Of a stretch of DNA of 61,708 bases, positions 1-12,344 are shown piece after piece. Location of the stretch: the NCBI GenBank assembly GCA_003427395.1, contig BFEA01000041.1:706583-768290 (forward strand). Direction: 5' to 3'. The translations under genes and the position numbers were made by a program. A model generated the notes under the pieces. That model had not been told where the DNA came from, searched no databases, and saw only the letters and a program-made list of their open reading frames with translations. How positions within the stretch are numbered: position 1 is the stretch's first letter; each line of letters opens with the position of its first letter. Source of the stretch: Chara braunii. Lineage: Eukaryota > Plantae > Charophyceae.

Positions 1-497
1 AACGAGAACCTGGGCTTTAGAGGCTTACTTGGGATTTTTCCCCTAAGGGTACGGAAAGCTGCTGAGTACGGATCCTGGCTTGTCACAGTATTAATATTCA
101 AGATAGTGGCTGAAAAGATCATCTGAGCAGGAGGCAGAAGGGTGATCGTGACAGATTGCTGTCGCATGCCATGAACTCCATGTGTTCACTGTGACATGTA
201 AAGCCTCACACATTGAGTGCAATATTGCATCAGTGTATATATCTCCTGGTAGGATGCTGGTTGATTAGGGTTTCTTTGTCGATATGTGGTTTGCTCTCTT
301 GGGGTACTTGAGGGCTGAACTGGAAATAAACTCTGTCTGGTGATTTGCATGGCAGGAGGTCAATCCTTCCCTGTTTCTCGGGAAGTAATCAATGTCTCCT
401 GCTGCATAGGGAAGCTCGCTTTTAACATGACAAGGGGACACTGATCCCGCTCGGAGTCCCTGCAGGTAAATCACCTACAAAACTTTTGTACTGCACA

Positions 498-552
498 GGG
501 ACGCCGAGCCCGATTTCCAGCAGGTATAGCTCCCCACCAATAGATGGACTCC
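498..552 (+). repeat. Copy of LINE 3'-end pseudoknot module (degenerate)
   Basis: GGGACGCCGAGCCCGATTTCCAGCAGGTATAGCTCCCCACCAATAGATGGACTCC aligns to 11210-11263; A-rich tail follows. Confidence 0.75.
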
Positions 553-1309
553 GGGCCATTTTGTTCTCAAAAACGAAAAGAGTAGAAAAGTCCATTCACG
601 ACCTGTCGCCCGCCCGATCGGGGCCCCCTACTGGCACTACAACGTTATACTCAACCACATTATGCCCGCAGATCACCCCTTCCATTCAGCGCATGGTTAA
701 GATGATCCTTCATGCTGAGCGTGCCCCGATTATATCTTTTGTCCTGCTCCCTAGTACTACACTGGTTCTTTAAACCAGACTCTCCTAGGGGACAAGAGTG
801 TCACACCATATCACTTCTACTGCATGCCTCACTTTCTACTGCCCATTAAGGTCTTTTTTCTCCGCTTTGTCACTCTCCCTGTACACTCGGAAACCCTACT
901 GTCACATCGGGCATCCTCATCCATAGCCTCCTACTTAGAGTCTCAACGCCAGCGATATCCTCCACAGTCCCTCAACCCCCCCCAGGATGTGGCACCACAC
1001 CTACAGAACGCCCTAAGTCCCCCTCTCGGAGGTTCCCTAACTCCCCCCTAGGGCACCACTCAACCCACACAGAAGGACCCCAAGCTCCCCCCCGACACCC
1101 CTGTCCCCTCGATCCACTACATCATGCTGAAGATGACCCTAAGGACGCCCCACGCGGGGTGCACCACGAATCCGCCAGTCCTGATGCCACCATAGAGCAA
1201 CTGTGGTGTGTGAATGGTCATGCATCGGTCAATCCCCTCTGGTGTCAAGGCGCACAAAGTTGTATACCACAAGGCACATTTTCCTGTGGTGCCCTACCCA
1301 CTGAGCTAA

Positions 1310-1603
1310 ACCACCAGTACTTCCAAGCCTCTTCTAGTCAGAAGAAATGAATGAGTGCAGCACACATTTTCGTTCTTTTGGACGGGCGACCCCTGGAGGA
1401 CACGATGTGCCACGTTGGAGGATTTTGCCTGTGAAACGTACTGGTGGTTTAAACCACCAGTACTTGGCCCAGCTATCGGCCGCGGGAAAAAAAAAGAGTA
1501 GAAATGTTTCTAGTCGGATGAATTTGGGCGTTCTTGTGGTGGCTCGTACGTTTCCAAAAATCGTGGCGCGTTAACGGGCACGACTCTAGGAAGTACTGGT
1601 GGT
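1310..1603. mobile_element. Two tandem TTAA-flanked MITE-like units (TIR ACCACCAGTAC)
   Basis: CTAA|ACCACCAGTAC(1310)...GTACTGGTGGT(1448)|TTAA|ACCACCAGTAC(1453)...GTACTGGTGGT(1603)|TTAA. Confidence 0.65.
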
Positions 1604-1619
1604 TTAACATGACATGGTG

Positions 1620-2035
1620 TTCGCCCACTCCACAGGGTCTTCTAACCCGGCCCCGTGGAGGGTGGCCTATTGAAATGGCTCCAATGTATTTGTCGGGAGC
1701 ATCCAATTCTGGGAAGCAGCCCAAGCATCCCATAGAGAACCAATAGGAAAACTGGCATCCTATCGGGTTTATAAAAAAAAAAAAAAAGGAAAACTGGTAT
1801 GATATGAGGAGCCAGAGCAGCATTGAATACTGTGTCAGGAACCACAGAATTGGATAAAAAAAAAGAAGCAACCTGAGGATTGACTGCCTGCCTTTTGTGC
1901 AAATGTGTGAAAATTTAGATAAAACAGGGGCCTCTTCAGCTCGCAACTGACCCACCAAATTCTGCCATACTCCAAGCCCCATATCCTCCCAACGTTTTTG
2001 TACTTCAGTTAACCCCACACCATTCCATGCCATAG
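1620..2035 (-). mobile_element. 5'-truncated LINE 3' end with degenerate pseudoknot module (1677-1731)
   Basis: Minus strand reads ...QKRWEDMGLGVW... (resembles an ORF2 C-terminus), then GGGATGCTTGGGCTGCTTCCCAGA..GCTCC..GGAGCC and a hairpin. Confidence 0.45.
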
Positions 2036-2302
2036 CCAGACATCTTTTTTTTTTTTTTTTTTTTTCCTCAGCCAGACATCTCAACGATACAGTTATCTGT
2101 CGGGGAAAAGGGAAGCGAGAACTCTGACGCAGACCAGTCCAGTCCAGTCCGACAATAATGAACCCATGGAATAACAAGAATAATGACGATGCTTATGACG
2201 CTGGATTTTTCAGTTTTAATTCTTAGCTCAGAAGGCCCCACCTACCCATCCTCATTTTGTCCTTGTGCATCCCTTACCTGGGGCTGGTCACTTGTGGATA
2301 CA

Positions 2303-2346
<44 letters not shown>

Positions 2347-2382
<36 letters not shown>

Positions 2383-2557
2383 CCACCCACGAGGACAGAT
2401 AGGAGTGATGATGAGTGCATGCACTCCTACCTGTCTTGCAGGGGGCTCCTGTCTATTGGTGGGGAGCTGCACCTGCTGGAAAGCGGGTCCAGCGTCCCCT
2501 GAGATACAATGTTGAGTTGGTAATTCAGCAGATGCTGGGAACTGGGCCCAGCGTCCC
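2347..2557 (-). mobile_element. Short retroposed LINE 3' end: pseudoknot module, hairpin, poly(A)
   Basis: Reverse complement GGGACGCTGGACCCGCTTTCCAGCAGGTGCAGCTCCCCACCAATAGACAGGAGCC (from 2498), hairpin GACAGGTAGGAGTG/CACTCCTATCTGTC, poly(T) on + strand; partial second head at 2533-2557. Confidence 0.75.
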
Positions 2558-2688
2558 TCATGAACTTAGCTCTTGCCTGGCCGAAACGTCAAACGCTGGG
2601 CCTGTCGTTGATAAATTTGATCGGCGGCCCCGTTTTCATTTCGCGCCTCCAGAATTTAAAGTGTCAGACCTGCGGCCCAGGTGCCCAT

Positions 2689-2873
2689 GTACTGGTGGTT
2701 TAAAGCACCAGTACACAACATATCGGCCCGCGGGTGTCAGCATGAAACCCGCACCACTTCGGAGGCCGCCATTTTTTTTTTCCACCGGCTGGCCTGGCCG
2801 TGCGGCACCTCCGAGTTTTGCTTCTGGCGACAAAAACTTTCTGCAAGGCTGGGGCCGTGTACTAGCAGTTTGA
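2689..2873. mobile_element. TTAA-type MITE unit (same family as 1310-1603)
   Basis: GTACTGGTGGT|TTAA|AGCACCAGTAC at 2689-2714; degenerate right end GTACTAGCAGT|TTGA at 2859-2873. Confidence 0.55.
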
Positions 2874-3576
2874 CCTTTGATGCTGCAGAATGATGACAGT
2901 AGATACTGATGATATTGAACTTAGGATGAAACATAAGCCAATCCTGGCCTTCCAATCCATAAGCAACACCTTGCCTCCCCTATACAATGCACAACACTAT
3001 ATCATCCTAATCAATACCAGCCCTAGCTATCGTGTTCTTGCCACCATGACTATACCCGGCCCCTTAGGTTGTCATGACAGCCCCCCTCAGTTGGCCACTG
3101 GATTGCCTTCCTCCCTCGACTAATCCCAGATCTCTCTACCAGTCCTCACGCTCCTGCTAACCAAGAGCACAGAACACCACAGCCTTGCAGGCGTCAGCCA
3201 GGATTCTACCATCTTTGGAGTGCTGTGTCCTATCTAACAAGGGAAAACAGATGTCGCCCAGGATTGAAAAAAAAACAGATAAGCTTGATATAGCATGATT
3301 AGTGTCATTTAGTAGTGGTATACTACACGTGACCTGGATCTTTAAAGACACCCGTCTGCCTCCCAGGCACCAACGTCGTACAGATTACAAAGAAGGATTG
3401 GAACCCCCCCCTCCCCCCCTCTTCCTTCCCCCCCACTCCTCTCCAACCTATCCCAACGCTGCCTCCACCGAGACACCCATGGATACATCTTATAAAAAAT
3501 GAAAGGGCAAAAACGAAATAACTATGGCTGTGCTATAGTTTTCGAAACTGATGTGCAATAGAAAGTTTAACTCGGT

Positions 3577-6414
3577 TTCAAGTGCAGGGTATACGGTCAT
3601 CTCAATACGGAGTATGCCTGTCCGCAACACCCACAGCATGCTACCTCTCCTGCCCAAATGCTCAGACGAGACCCACAGAGACCACACAGATGGTTACCCG
3701 TGGCCCCAGGACACGAAGGATGGGTATTCAGCGATGACCACAACCAGGCAGGCCAACTAATTGGTTGGTTCTGGGATGGCAGGGCGGATCTGAGAAAAAC
3801 CCCTCGGCCACCAGCTGATTGGTTACCTCCACAACAGTCCCAGCATCCCAAACATTCCCAGCAATCGGCGAAGACACAGCCCCGAAATGGGACTAAGTCG
3901 GCAAATGCAGCAGGAACTGCTGGAACAGCAAGATCGGGAATGGCTGTTGGAACAGTTGGGAGCACTGCAATGGTTGGGGAAGTCGGGACGAAAAATACTG
4001 GGACTGCGAGGTCGGTGAGAGCAATTAGATTAGTTGAGAACACTACGGGAAAGGATGCTGGATCAGTTGGGACTTACTGTGAATGGTGGGGATTTTGATA
4101 CAAAGAATGATACACATATTACTAAAGGATCAGACAAAGGACTTCAACATGACCCATAAAATGAAGAGGAGAGGAGCATGGGAAATGGGAAGTACAAAAC
4201 CATAGGCCCATCTCCGGCGGGCTATTTGCCCAAAAATGGGCAACCATCTGCTGCTGCATGGAGAGTGGTTACAAAGAAAAGGACTGAGGAACAGTCCTCG
4301 ACCCAGAGAGAAGATGGAAACAAGGAAGAAGAACACCAAAAGGAAGAAAAGGAAGTTGAGGAGGATCCCCGGAATGAAGACAAGAAAGAGGAGGATAAGA
4401 GAGAAGGGAACGGGGATCAGAATCAGATGGAAATAGATGTTTTCAGGGATGTTTTTGGAATGGAACCCATGGAGGTGGAAGCAGCACCAGGCACAGCTTC
4501 CCCACTCAAATCATGCATCCCAGAACAGGAAAGCGGGGAACTGTCATTGGATTTGAATTCGCAGTTGACAAATGTAGTTGATTGGCTACTAACTAATTTG
4601 ATAATTAAATTTCCTAAATTAAACGATCAGTTGTGGCAACAAATCAACTGTCAACTGAGGCCTATGCTGACCAGCAGTGACAGCTTGATGTTGGTGTTGC
4701 AGTACGGCCCTCCACCTGGAACAGACTGGTTAGAACTGTGCAACAGGCTGCTGCATGTGGTTTCCTCTAGGGTTGATCCCTGGATATTGGATGAAGGAGC
4801 TTGCTTGCTGGGTTCCCAACAAGATATAAGACAAATCAGTACTCAAGAATTGAACAGAACCAGTGCAAGAACAATGGAAGAAACAAAACGACAAGAGTTG
4901 CTGCACAATGAATAATCCAAACACAGGAAAGGATTGAGAAGAATGAAAGAAATCGTAAGGAAAAGATCTGAGTGCAGACATGAAATGCCCAGAGACAGGG
5001 ACTCTCATAATGGAGATGAAAAATTTAAAAGGAAAATAAATGTCAAACCTTACCTAGCGAAGTTTGCTGGTAGAACACCTCTAAGCCAAAGAAAGCTCAG
5101 CCACTATGTCTTGACCCCTCGGAAATAGATAAATTCAAGGAAAAATAAGAAGAATAATAAACTTATCAGAAAAATAGAAAAAAAAATAATTCATAATTCC
5201 CAGTCACTGCAACTCCATTCACAGGACTGTGAGAATGACAGGGGTACCAAGATGACAATGGGTTTGACAGAACACTACAATGACAGTAAATCTAGTCCCA
5301 TAGGAATCATTGAAAGTCAAGGGAGTAACAAGACTGCTGTTGTAACAGGTGATCATCAAGAAACTATGCAGGGAGGATATCCCAAACCTTGCATACAAGA
5401 AGAGAACATGTACCCGTGCACACAAGAAGAGGAGACTCAGTTCGCCCTCTCAAAGGGGACAGAACAGTATAAAGAGAAGTCTGGTGCGTGCAGGGCATAC
5501 TCAGAATCAGAATCAGTTCAACAGTCCCAATCCCTTGATCCTGTTCCCAGTATGAATCTTAGTTACGAAGAGGAGGAACCTCCCCGAAAAATGAAAGAGT
5601 CTACAGACACTCCACAACTCAGAGAGGTAGTCTCAGAGCTAACAGGGGAGCGTAAATTCCTATTAATTATTAATAAGCATACTATGGGTAACTCAAAACA
5701 CCAACAGGAAAAAGAAACAGAAACTCCCAGCCAAACTGGAGGCATTGTAGCAACTTTCACAGACAGGACAGACGTTGAGATTGACCTCACACAGGATTTG
5801 CCCCATCAAGTTGAAAATGATAAAAATAAAGAACAGAAAAAATGGAAAACACAATCCTCACCTCCGTTTATATTAGAGAAAACAAGCAAATGGCAAAAAC
5901 TCAGACAATGGCTAACTTTGCCAAAGGAGGAAATGAGACTCTCACGGGCAGGTATTGTAATTCTCCCGGTCAGACAGAAGGATGAAGTTTGGGAGATAGG
6001 ATTGTCAATGTCATAGGGATCCACACATGGTGAGTTTACACTACAAGTTACCAGATCATCGTTTCTCTCGCTATCAGCTCTTGCAAGGGGTAAAGCAGGG
6101 GAGTTCCTAATTCACTCAGAAATAACCAAGTTCATCAAGGAACACTTCCCTCCTGGAGGTATAGGTACTCTCACACTAGTAACGGAGGATTGCAGGATTG
6201 CTGAAAGAGATGTCTATCTTAAGTATGACGCCGCTAGACCAGTGGATCTGTGCTGGCTAAAGAGTGATAAATTAAAAGATCTACAGGTATTGAAAATTAA
6301 ATCTTGTAAATTCTGGGTTGAGTCTGATGTCTGCACCCTCCTGGCTAGCATCCTGCGCTATGGCACCCTGGAAAAGGGAGGATGCTTGGATGAAGGTAAT
6401 TGGAAAATGATATA
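3577..6414 (+). pseudogene. LINE-A ORF1-like region (zinc-knuckle remnant, long charged low-complexity segments)
   Basis: FKCRVYGHLNTEYAC knuckle remnant at the 5' junction; ORFs 4178, 4934 and 5252 share one frame broken by isolated stops. Confidence 0.6.
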
Positions 6415-6451
6415 AATAGAACAATTGAGCAGACGAAACACAAAGAGGAAT

Positions 6452-9400
6452 ATGATAGGTGGAACTAAAGTAATTGAAGCACTATATAATAAGAATAAAA
6501 CATGGAATATTCTAAGAAGGTGTGCAGACTTAGATCTCAGATCCCTTAATGTAAACGGATTGGCCTCAGCCAAGCAAAAACAAAAACAAGCTATATATGA
6601 ACAAATCAAAGGTATTGATGAAAGAGAATGGCCGAATGTGATTTGTATCCAAGAGACTCATCTCATGAACAGAGATGCTCACAACTTCCGTCACAAAGAG
6701 ATGTGTGCACATCAATCTTTCCGAGCTCATGCCTCCAAGCCTCGAAGTGCCGGAGTGGCCATATGGATTCCCCCGGGTTCCAGAGCAGAGGTAGTTTATT
6801 GGGAAGCAGATCCTGATCAAGGAAGATCGGTATATGTTCTAGCAATGCTATGACTTCAAATTGTCAGCATCCTATGTGTATACGGACCAAATAAGGCTGG
6901 AGATCGGAAAACTTTTTTTGCGAATATCCTCTCGTGCCTTCCGGTAGGCATCCCTGTTATTATAACAGGTGATTTCATTGTGGTCCTAGACAGACATCTG
7001 GATATATGGCGTAGCCCTTCCCCATGCCCTACCTACATAGAGAATGACGAACTAATTATTGCTAATTTATGTCACACCTCAAATCTAGTTGATTCTTTTA
7101 GAGTCCTTAGCCCCACGTCTAGAACATTTACATGTTTCAGAAAGGGTCAATCGGGACAAACTACTAAATCTCGTATAGATCTAATTTTGGTAGCCCAGGA
7201 GTTACAAGGGGCTCTACAGGTAGCAGAAATCTTCCCCAGAAGCCCTTTTCCTGGTTTAGACCATTCGATGTGTGTAGCTATTTTTTCTTTTCGTAAGAAA
7301 CCTGATCAAAGCAGAGGTTATTACAAATTAAACACATTTCATCTCAAGATAAATAACTTCGTTAATTATCTTAGTGATGTGTGGCAATTCTGGAGAGAAC
7401 AAAAGGGTCTCATCAATGATGAGGTAAGATGGTTCAACAACGGTCTATACTTCCTGGGCCGTAAATGCAATGAATACTCTAAAATGTTAGCTTCACAGAG
7501 ACACTCAAAAGAAACACAATTATGTAACAGAATCCAAGAACTTCAAAATATAGAAACAGAGTCCGAGGACCAGGGGTTTCTAGAACCGATAGCCAATGAA
7601 TTACAAGACCTGGAAAAACAGTTGCTGTCACTTATGGAGTATAGGTGGCAAGGAATGAGAATTAAAGGTAAGCTCATGTATCATGGCATGGAAGGCTCTA
7701 TGGATGCACGTTTTTTCGCAATGGCTAAAGCAAGGGTAGGAAGGACGATTATCGAAGCACTGACCGACCCCTTGGATGAAAATGCACCATTAGTCACGTC
7801 CACGGCAGACTGTACTAAGCTTGCCCGATAATTCTTTAAAGATTTTTTTACTTCCCAAAATGGACAAATTCCCCCGAATCAGCGAGAAAAGGAAGTCAAT
7901 GACTTCCTACTCCCGCTGAATAAGTCACTAACAGAAGAACAAAAGGAAAGCCTGGAAAAACCACTTACCGAGGAAGAAATATGGACAACTCTGATACTAA
8001 TGGAGGAGGAGAGAACACTAGGAATTGATGGACGACCTAAGGAATTTTTGGAATCCCTATGGAACGTTTTGTCTCAGGACCTTCTGGATTACTATCAGGC
8101 AGTCAGGAAGTCAGGAGAGATGGGAGAAATTGTAGGACAAAGAGTACTAACCCTCCTACACAAAAAAGGGGATAAGACCAATATTAGGAATTACCGTCCC
8201 ATCACACTGCTTACAGTAGTGTACAAATTAGTAGCCAAGGCGTTAGCTGAAAGAATGTCCAAAATAATTTCTGATATAATTCATCCATCCCAAACTGGAT
8301 TCATATCTGGTAGAAATATACAAGATAATATACTTCTAGTCAATGAAGTGATTAGGATCACTCATCAATCTAAACATAATGCGGCCTTCATCTTCATTGA
8401 CTTTGAGGAAGCATATGACCATGTTGACTGGTACTTTCTAGATAAATGTCTAGAAAAATTTAACTTTGGTCCTTGCTTCAGAAGATGGATTCAAATTCTG
8501 CATAAGAACGCTACTACTAGAATCATGGTTAATGGTAATGNTGCGCCTCCTATACCATTATACAGATCAGTCAGGNAAGGAGACCCGATTGCCNCCTACC
8601 TTTTTGTGATTGTTATGGAAGCCTTAGCAGCAAACCTTCGACAACACAAGGATATTAGGCGTATTCAAATTTCATCGATATCGGAAGAGGCAATCCCGGT
8701 CTGCTCGTTATTTGCTGATGATCTCTCTCTTATGGTAGATGCATCAGAAGAAAACATGAGAGAAGTCAAAAAAATAATGGATAAATTTTGTAGATTATCT
8801 GACATGAGTGTCAATTGGGGAAGCAAAACACTAGGATGGTGGATCCATCACCAAGGTGTCAGACCCCCGGAACAACCTCAAGTCAAGTGGCTCCCAATAG
8901 ACGCTCCTATTCGAGTACTAGGGAGATCTCTATCTGGAACGGGAAAACCAAAAACAAATAATGAATAGATAACTCAACAAGCCCATATCAAGTTTGACCT
9001 CTGGAAAAACAAACACTCTTCTCTTTTGGGACGTGCTTTGGCTATCTATAATGTTATTTTAGCCTCCATTTGGTATAAATCAGCCATATGGCCACTTGAC
9101 AAATCAGCTTTAAAAGTCTTCCAACAACAATTATCGGCCTTTCTATGGAGAGGTAATCACAAACTCAAGAATGTCATCAGTAGAGTAGCATGGCTATCTA
9201 TTATCCAACATAGAATTAAAGGTGGTTTAGGGATAATTGATTCGGCTACCTAAACCTTGGCTCTCTCAATACAATGGATCAAAAGGTTACTCTTCAATCC
9301 ACAAACACCCTGGTCCGCATTGGCATGGGAACAAATTAGACGTTTAACACCAGAAACAGTGGACAGTGTTCACTCCATGATGTGGCTGAAAAATTGTGAT

Positions 9401-11049
9401 TGGCCCTTCCCAAAAGGAAAGATTAGAGAGGCACATAACGACTCACCTTCAGACAAATTATGCAATGATTCTTTCTCGATCGCTCTGATCAAGACATGGA
9501 GATTATTGCCATTAACTGACAAGATCCCCCCGAAAAGGTGGGAAGAAGTATGTCAACAACCCCTCTTTAATAACAGATGGATCATAGATTCTCAAGGGTT
9601 TGTCCTCCACTGTATGGACTCACCCTGGAAAGGATGGGTTAAAAGAGGGGAAATCAGAATTAAAGATATTTGGAATAGTGAAGTTAATGATTGGATTGAT
9701 TCCATAACACTTAAAGGACATCTTCGCTACAGTCACCATACACAGGAAGCTCTTGAGCGAATAATTGAGCTAATCCCCTTGGACTGGATCAAAATTCTTC
9801 AGAAGGGACCCAAACACAAAATCAATGACTGGGTGACAATTAAGGATTATCCTCAAAGAATTGGTAATATTTTGGATAAATTCCAGAATGGAGATATACT
9901 CCTGGAACTCTATGATCTTTCACAGAATAATACTCTCCAACCAAAAACTCAGGGTCAGATCCAATGGGTCCATGCTAACCAAATTTTCAGAATTAGAGTA
10001 AGTAGAATCAAAGAACAATGGTTGGCATTTGAACAAGATACTCTCATCTCTTGTTTAGCATTAGACCCAACTTACTGGAGCTGGAGCTCATCATGCAAAC
10101 AGAAGAAAATTGACAAAAATTATAAACGCACTTTACACACCCTTACTGTAAAATCCACATACAGAATGTTAAAAACAAAAATTAATTTAAAAGATAAAGT
10201 ATCGACCAGGTGGATGAAACAGTTCAACCTCAGTAGAGAAGAAATGAAATCAATCAAATGGTTCAATATAATGAAATCCAAGCCGGCAAAGATGGCATCA
10301 CTTCAATGGCAGATTGAACACAGATGTCTCCCCACTAATGATTGGTTGAAAGATAGATCTTCCTTAGAACAGAAAGGAATAGCCTCCAGGTGGTGTAAAT
10401 TCTGCAAATCTGCATTCCCCAGTAGGATGATACCTGAGACAATTGAGCATATCTTTATGCAATGCCCAGGAGCTATATGGTTATGAAGGTGGTGGGACAA
10501 AATCTGGGATCAGCTATTACCGCAAACTAGATGGCCATGGAATTGGAAAGCAATTCTTTTGAAGCCTGGACTGACGAGCAGGATGACGAATTCACGCAAA
10601 ATCTCTTCATCATGGGAATAAGAGTTGTAGTATGGGCCATTTGGGTGAGGAGATGTACGTATGAAATGGAGGAGGCTCGTCTAGATGGGCCTGAATTCAC
10701 TAAAACTATTAAAATGTCGGTTCAAACAGGAATTACTGCTAAATGGGAATAAGTAAAAGAAAAACTTCAACTTCTATCCTCAAGAGACAAAATTCACAAA
10801 CACATTGAGAAATTCAGTACGTGCTGGCTTGGGGGCAACCAGGGGAAGGGCATAGGGAAAGTTAAATGGAAAGGGGTCACAGAAGGGAACAACCAGGAAG
10901 TAAGGAGAGACTACAGAATAATATTTGAAGATTGGACAATGGTAGATCCATCCATACCCATGCGTCCAATGGCTGAGTTTCCTGATCCCTTTCCACCTCC
11001 ACTATCAGTTATGGTACCGAAATCTTGGTTTGGATATGACGAAATATGA
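6452..11049 (+). pseudogene. LINE-A ORF2 (APE endonuclease, reverse transcriptase, zinc finger)
   Basis: SLNVNGL, ICIQETH, GDF, SRIDLIL, LDH (APE); NYRPITLL, QTGFISGR, IDFEEAYD, GDP, FADD at 8711-8722 (RT); CKFC...ETIEHIFMQC; several premature stops. Confidence 0.95.
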
Positions 11050-11209
11050 AAGTCTCAGATTATGGTCTGGTAGTAGTAAGGATCCATATGTTCTTTCGAG
11101 AAAACCAGGACTAGCTGATAGAGATAGATCCGGCGTCCAACAATGGACATAGAGGTCCTGATTTTCAGAGCTCTGACTGATCTTTATCTCATGTTAATAT
11201 TGTAAAAAA

Positions 11210-11321
11210 GGGACGCTGGACCCGCTTTCTAGCAGGTGCTGCTCCCCACCAATAGATGGAGCCTATCCCCAGATGATCGCGGTGTTTGCTCTTACCAGCA
11301 TCGCTAGCACTGGAGGGATCT

Positions 11322-11322
<1 letters not shown>
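11210..11322 (+). ncRNA. Putative cis-acting structured RNA in LINE-A 3' UTR (two H-type pseudoknots plus hairpin)
   Basis: GGG-AC-GCTGGA-CCC-GCTT-TCTAGC then GGTG-CT-GCTCC-C-CACC-AATAGAT-GGAGC; conserved in 10 other copies in the window. Confidence 0.55.
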
Positions 11323-11359
<37 letters not shown>

Positions 11360-11659
11360 TTTAACTCGGTTTTGCACTTCAGTCATGGCCTCGGTTTTGA
11401 TTCCAAAGCGATCTCAGTTTGCGAACCCAGTTGTGTCAGTGGCCACGTCGTCCAGGGTCTTGTAGGGCCAGGGCTGAGAAGGGAAAATCCCAACCGTTCG
11501 ATCTATCAGATTGAATGGCTGAATTTTGCCGTGCAGAAACCAAAGCGCGCCAAGGCCGAGAAGGCCCTGTAAAAGAGGCCAAGACGGCGAGCCGGTCGTA
11601 CCAGCGCCGATTCTGCCAAAATGGCAGGTATCAGTGTTGAGGCCCCGGCTAAACCGGCA

Positions 11660-12014
11660 AACATTACGGGGTCAGACGATATGCATCAGGAGGGACCAAA
11701 TATAGCTATGCTAAGACAGTTTATAGCAGAACAATAACTTATTGATTCCTACCGATCTTGCACACAAGTATAAGACCCTATGCGGCTTTTTTTTTTTTTT
11801 TTTAAGCCCAGGGTGTTGTAGAGGCCAAGGACCAGACTCGCAGTGATTGCTGGCATCGACAGCAGAGTGGAGACAGTCTCAGACAGAACTCAAGTTCAGA
11901 ATTGACCTCTCTCTTGTATTCTGGATTTGAGTTATGTCTCCCCTCTGGATAAAAGGTAGAAATAGGGTGTTATATTTGTGTGCAAGAACCGTAGGTAACA
12001 ATAAGATTATTGTT

Positions 12015-12018
<4 letters not shown>
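11660..12018 (+). pseudogene. Small LINE APE fragment, rearranged
   Basis: ...AMLRQFIAEQ*LIDSYR... and ...SSRIDLSL... resemble LINE-C (LMAERQLVDTYR, SRINLIL); about 55-bp inverted repeat 11727-11782 / 11961-12018. Confidence 0.45.
11787..11872 (-). repeat. Short A-tailed repeat (CCTCTACAACACCCTGGG family)
   Basis: Reverse complement matches 14548-14640; related sequence at about 47584-47613. Confidence 0.65.
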
Positions 12019-12060
<42 letters not shown>

Positions 12061-12176
12061 CCCTTAAACTTGCATTTCTTTATTTGGTTCCTCTTGATGC
12101 ACATTGCCCCGTGATTGGAAGTGTGTGGCTCCTGCCCCAACAATGGTGTGCAGTATGTAATACCCAAGGGACCTAA

Positions 12177-12328
12177 GGGAAGCTGGACTGGTTTCCAGCA
12201 GGTGCCGCTCCCCACAAACAGATGGAGCAGCCCGACAGATAAGCCCTCAATCCTGGTGGTTATCTCACCACTACTGGGATGGAGGGCTTACACAACGGGC
12301 TATTCTTAAAAAAAAAAAAAAAAAAAAA
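12177..12328 (+). mobile_element. Short retroposed LINE 3' end (module, hairpin, poly(A))
   Basis: GGGAAGCTGGACTGGTTTCCAGCAGGTGCCGCTCCCCACAAACAGATGGAGC, hairpin GCCCTCAATCCTGGTGGT/ACCACTACTGGGATGGAGGGC, long A tail. Confidence 0.75.
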
Positions 12329-12344
12329 GACAGATCTTTCAGCG

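Larger units (their letters stand above)
3579..11356 (+). mobile_element. LINE-A: L1/Tx1-clade non-LTR retrotransposon, 5'-truncated, decayed
   Basis: ORF1-like region, APE endonuclease, RT and C-terminal CxxC...H...C; exact 16-bp TSD AAGTTTAACTCGGTTT at 3563-3578 and 11357-11372. Confidence 0.93.

Noticed and set aside
1-1300. Possible decayed LINE ORF1 on the minus strand
   Set aside because: Composition is suggestive but no motif could be identified
2434-11263. 55-bp inverted repeats apparently bracketing LINE-A like TIRs
   Set aside because: They are two of 11 dispersed copies of the LINE 3' module; LINE-A is bounded by its own 16-bp TSD
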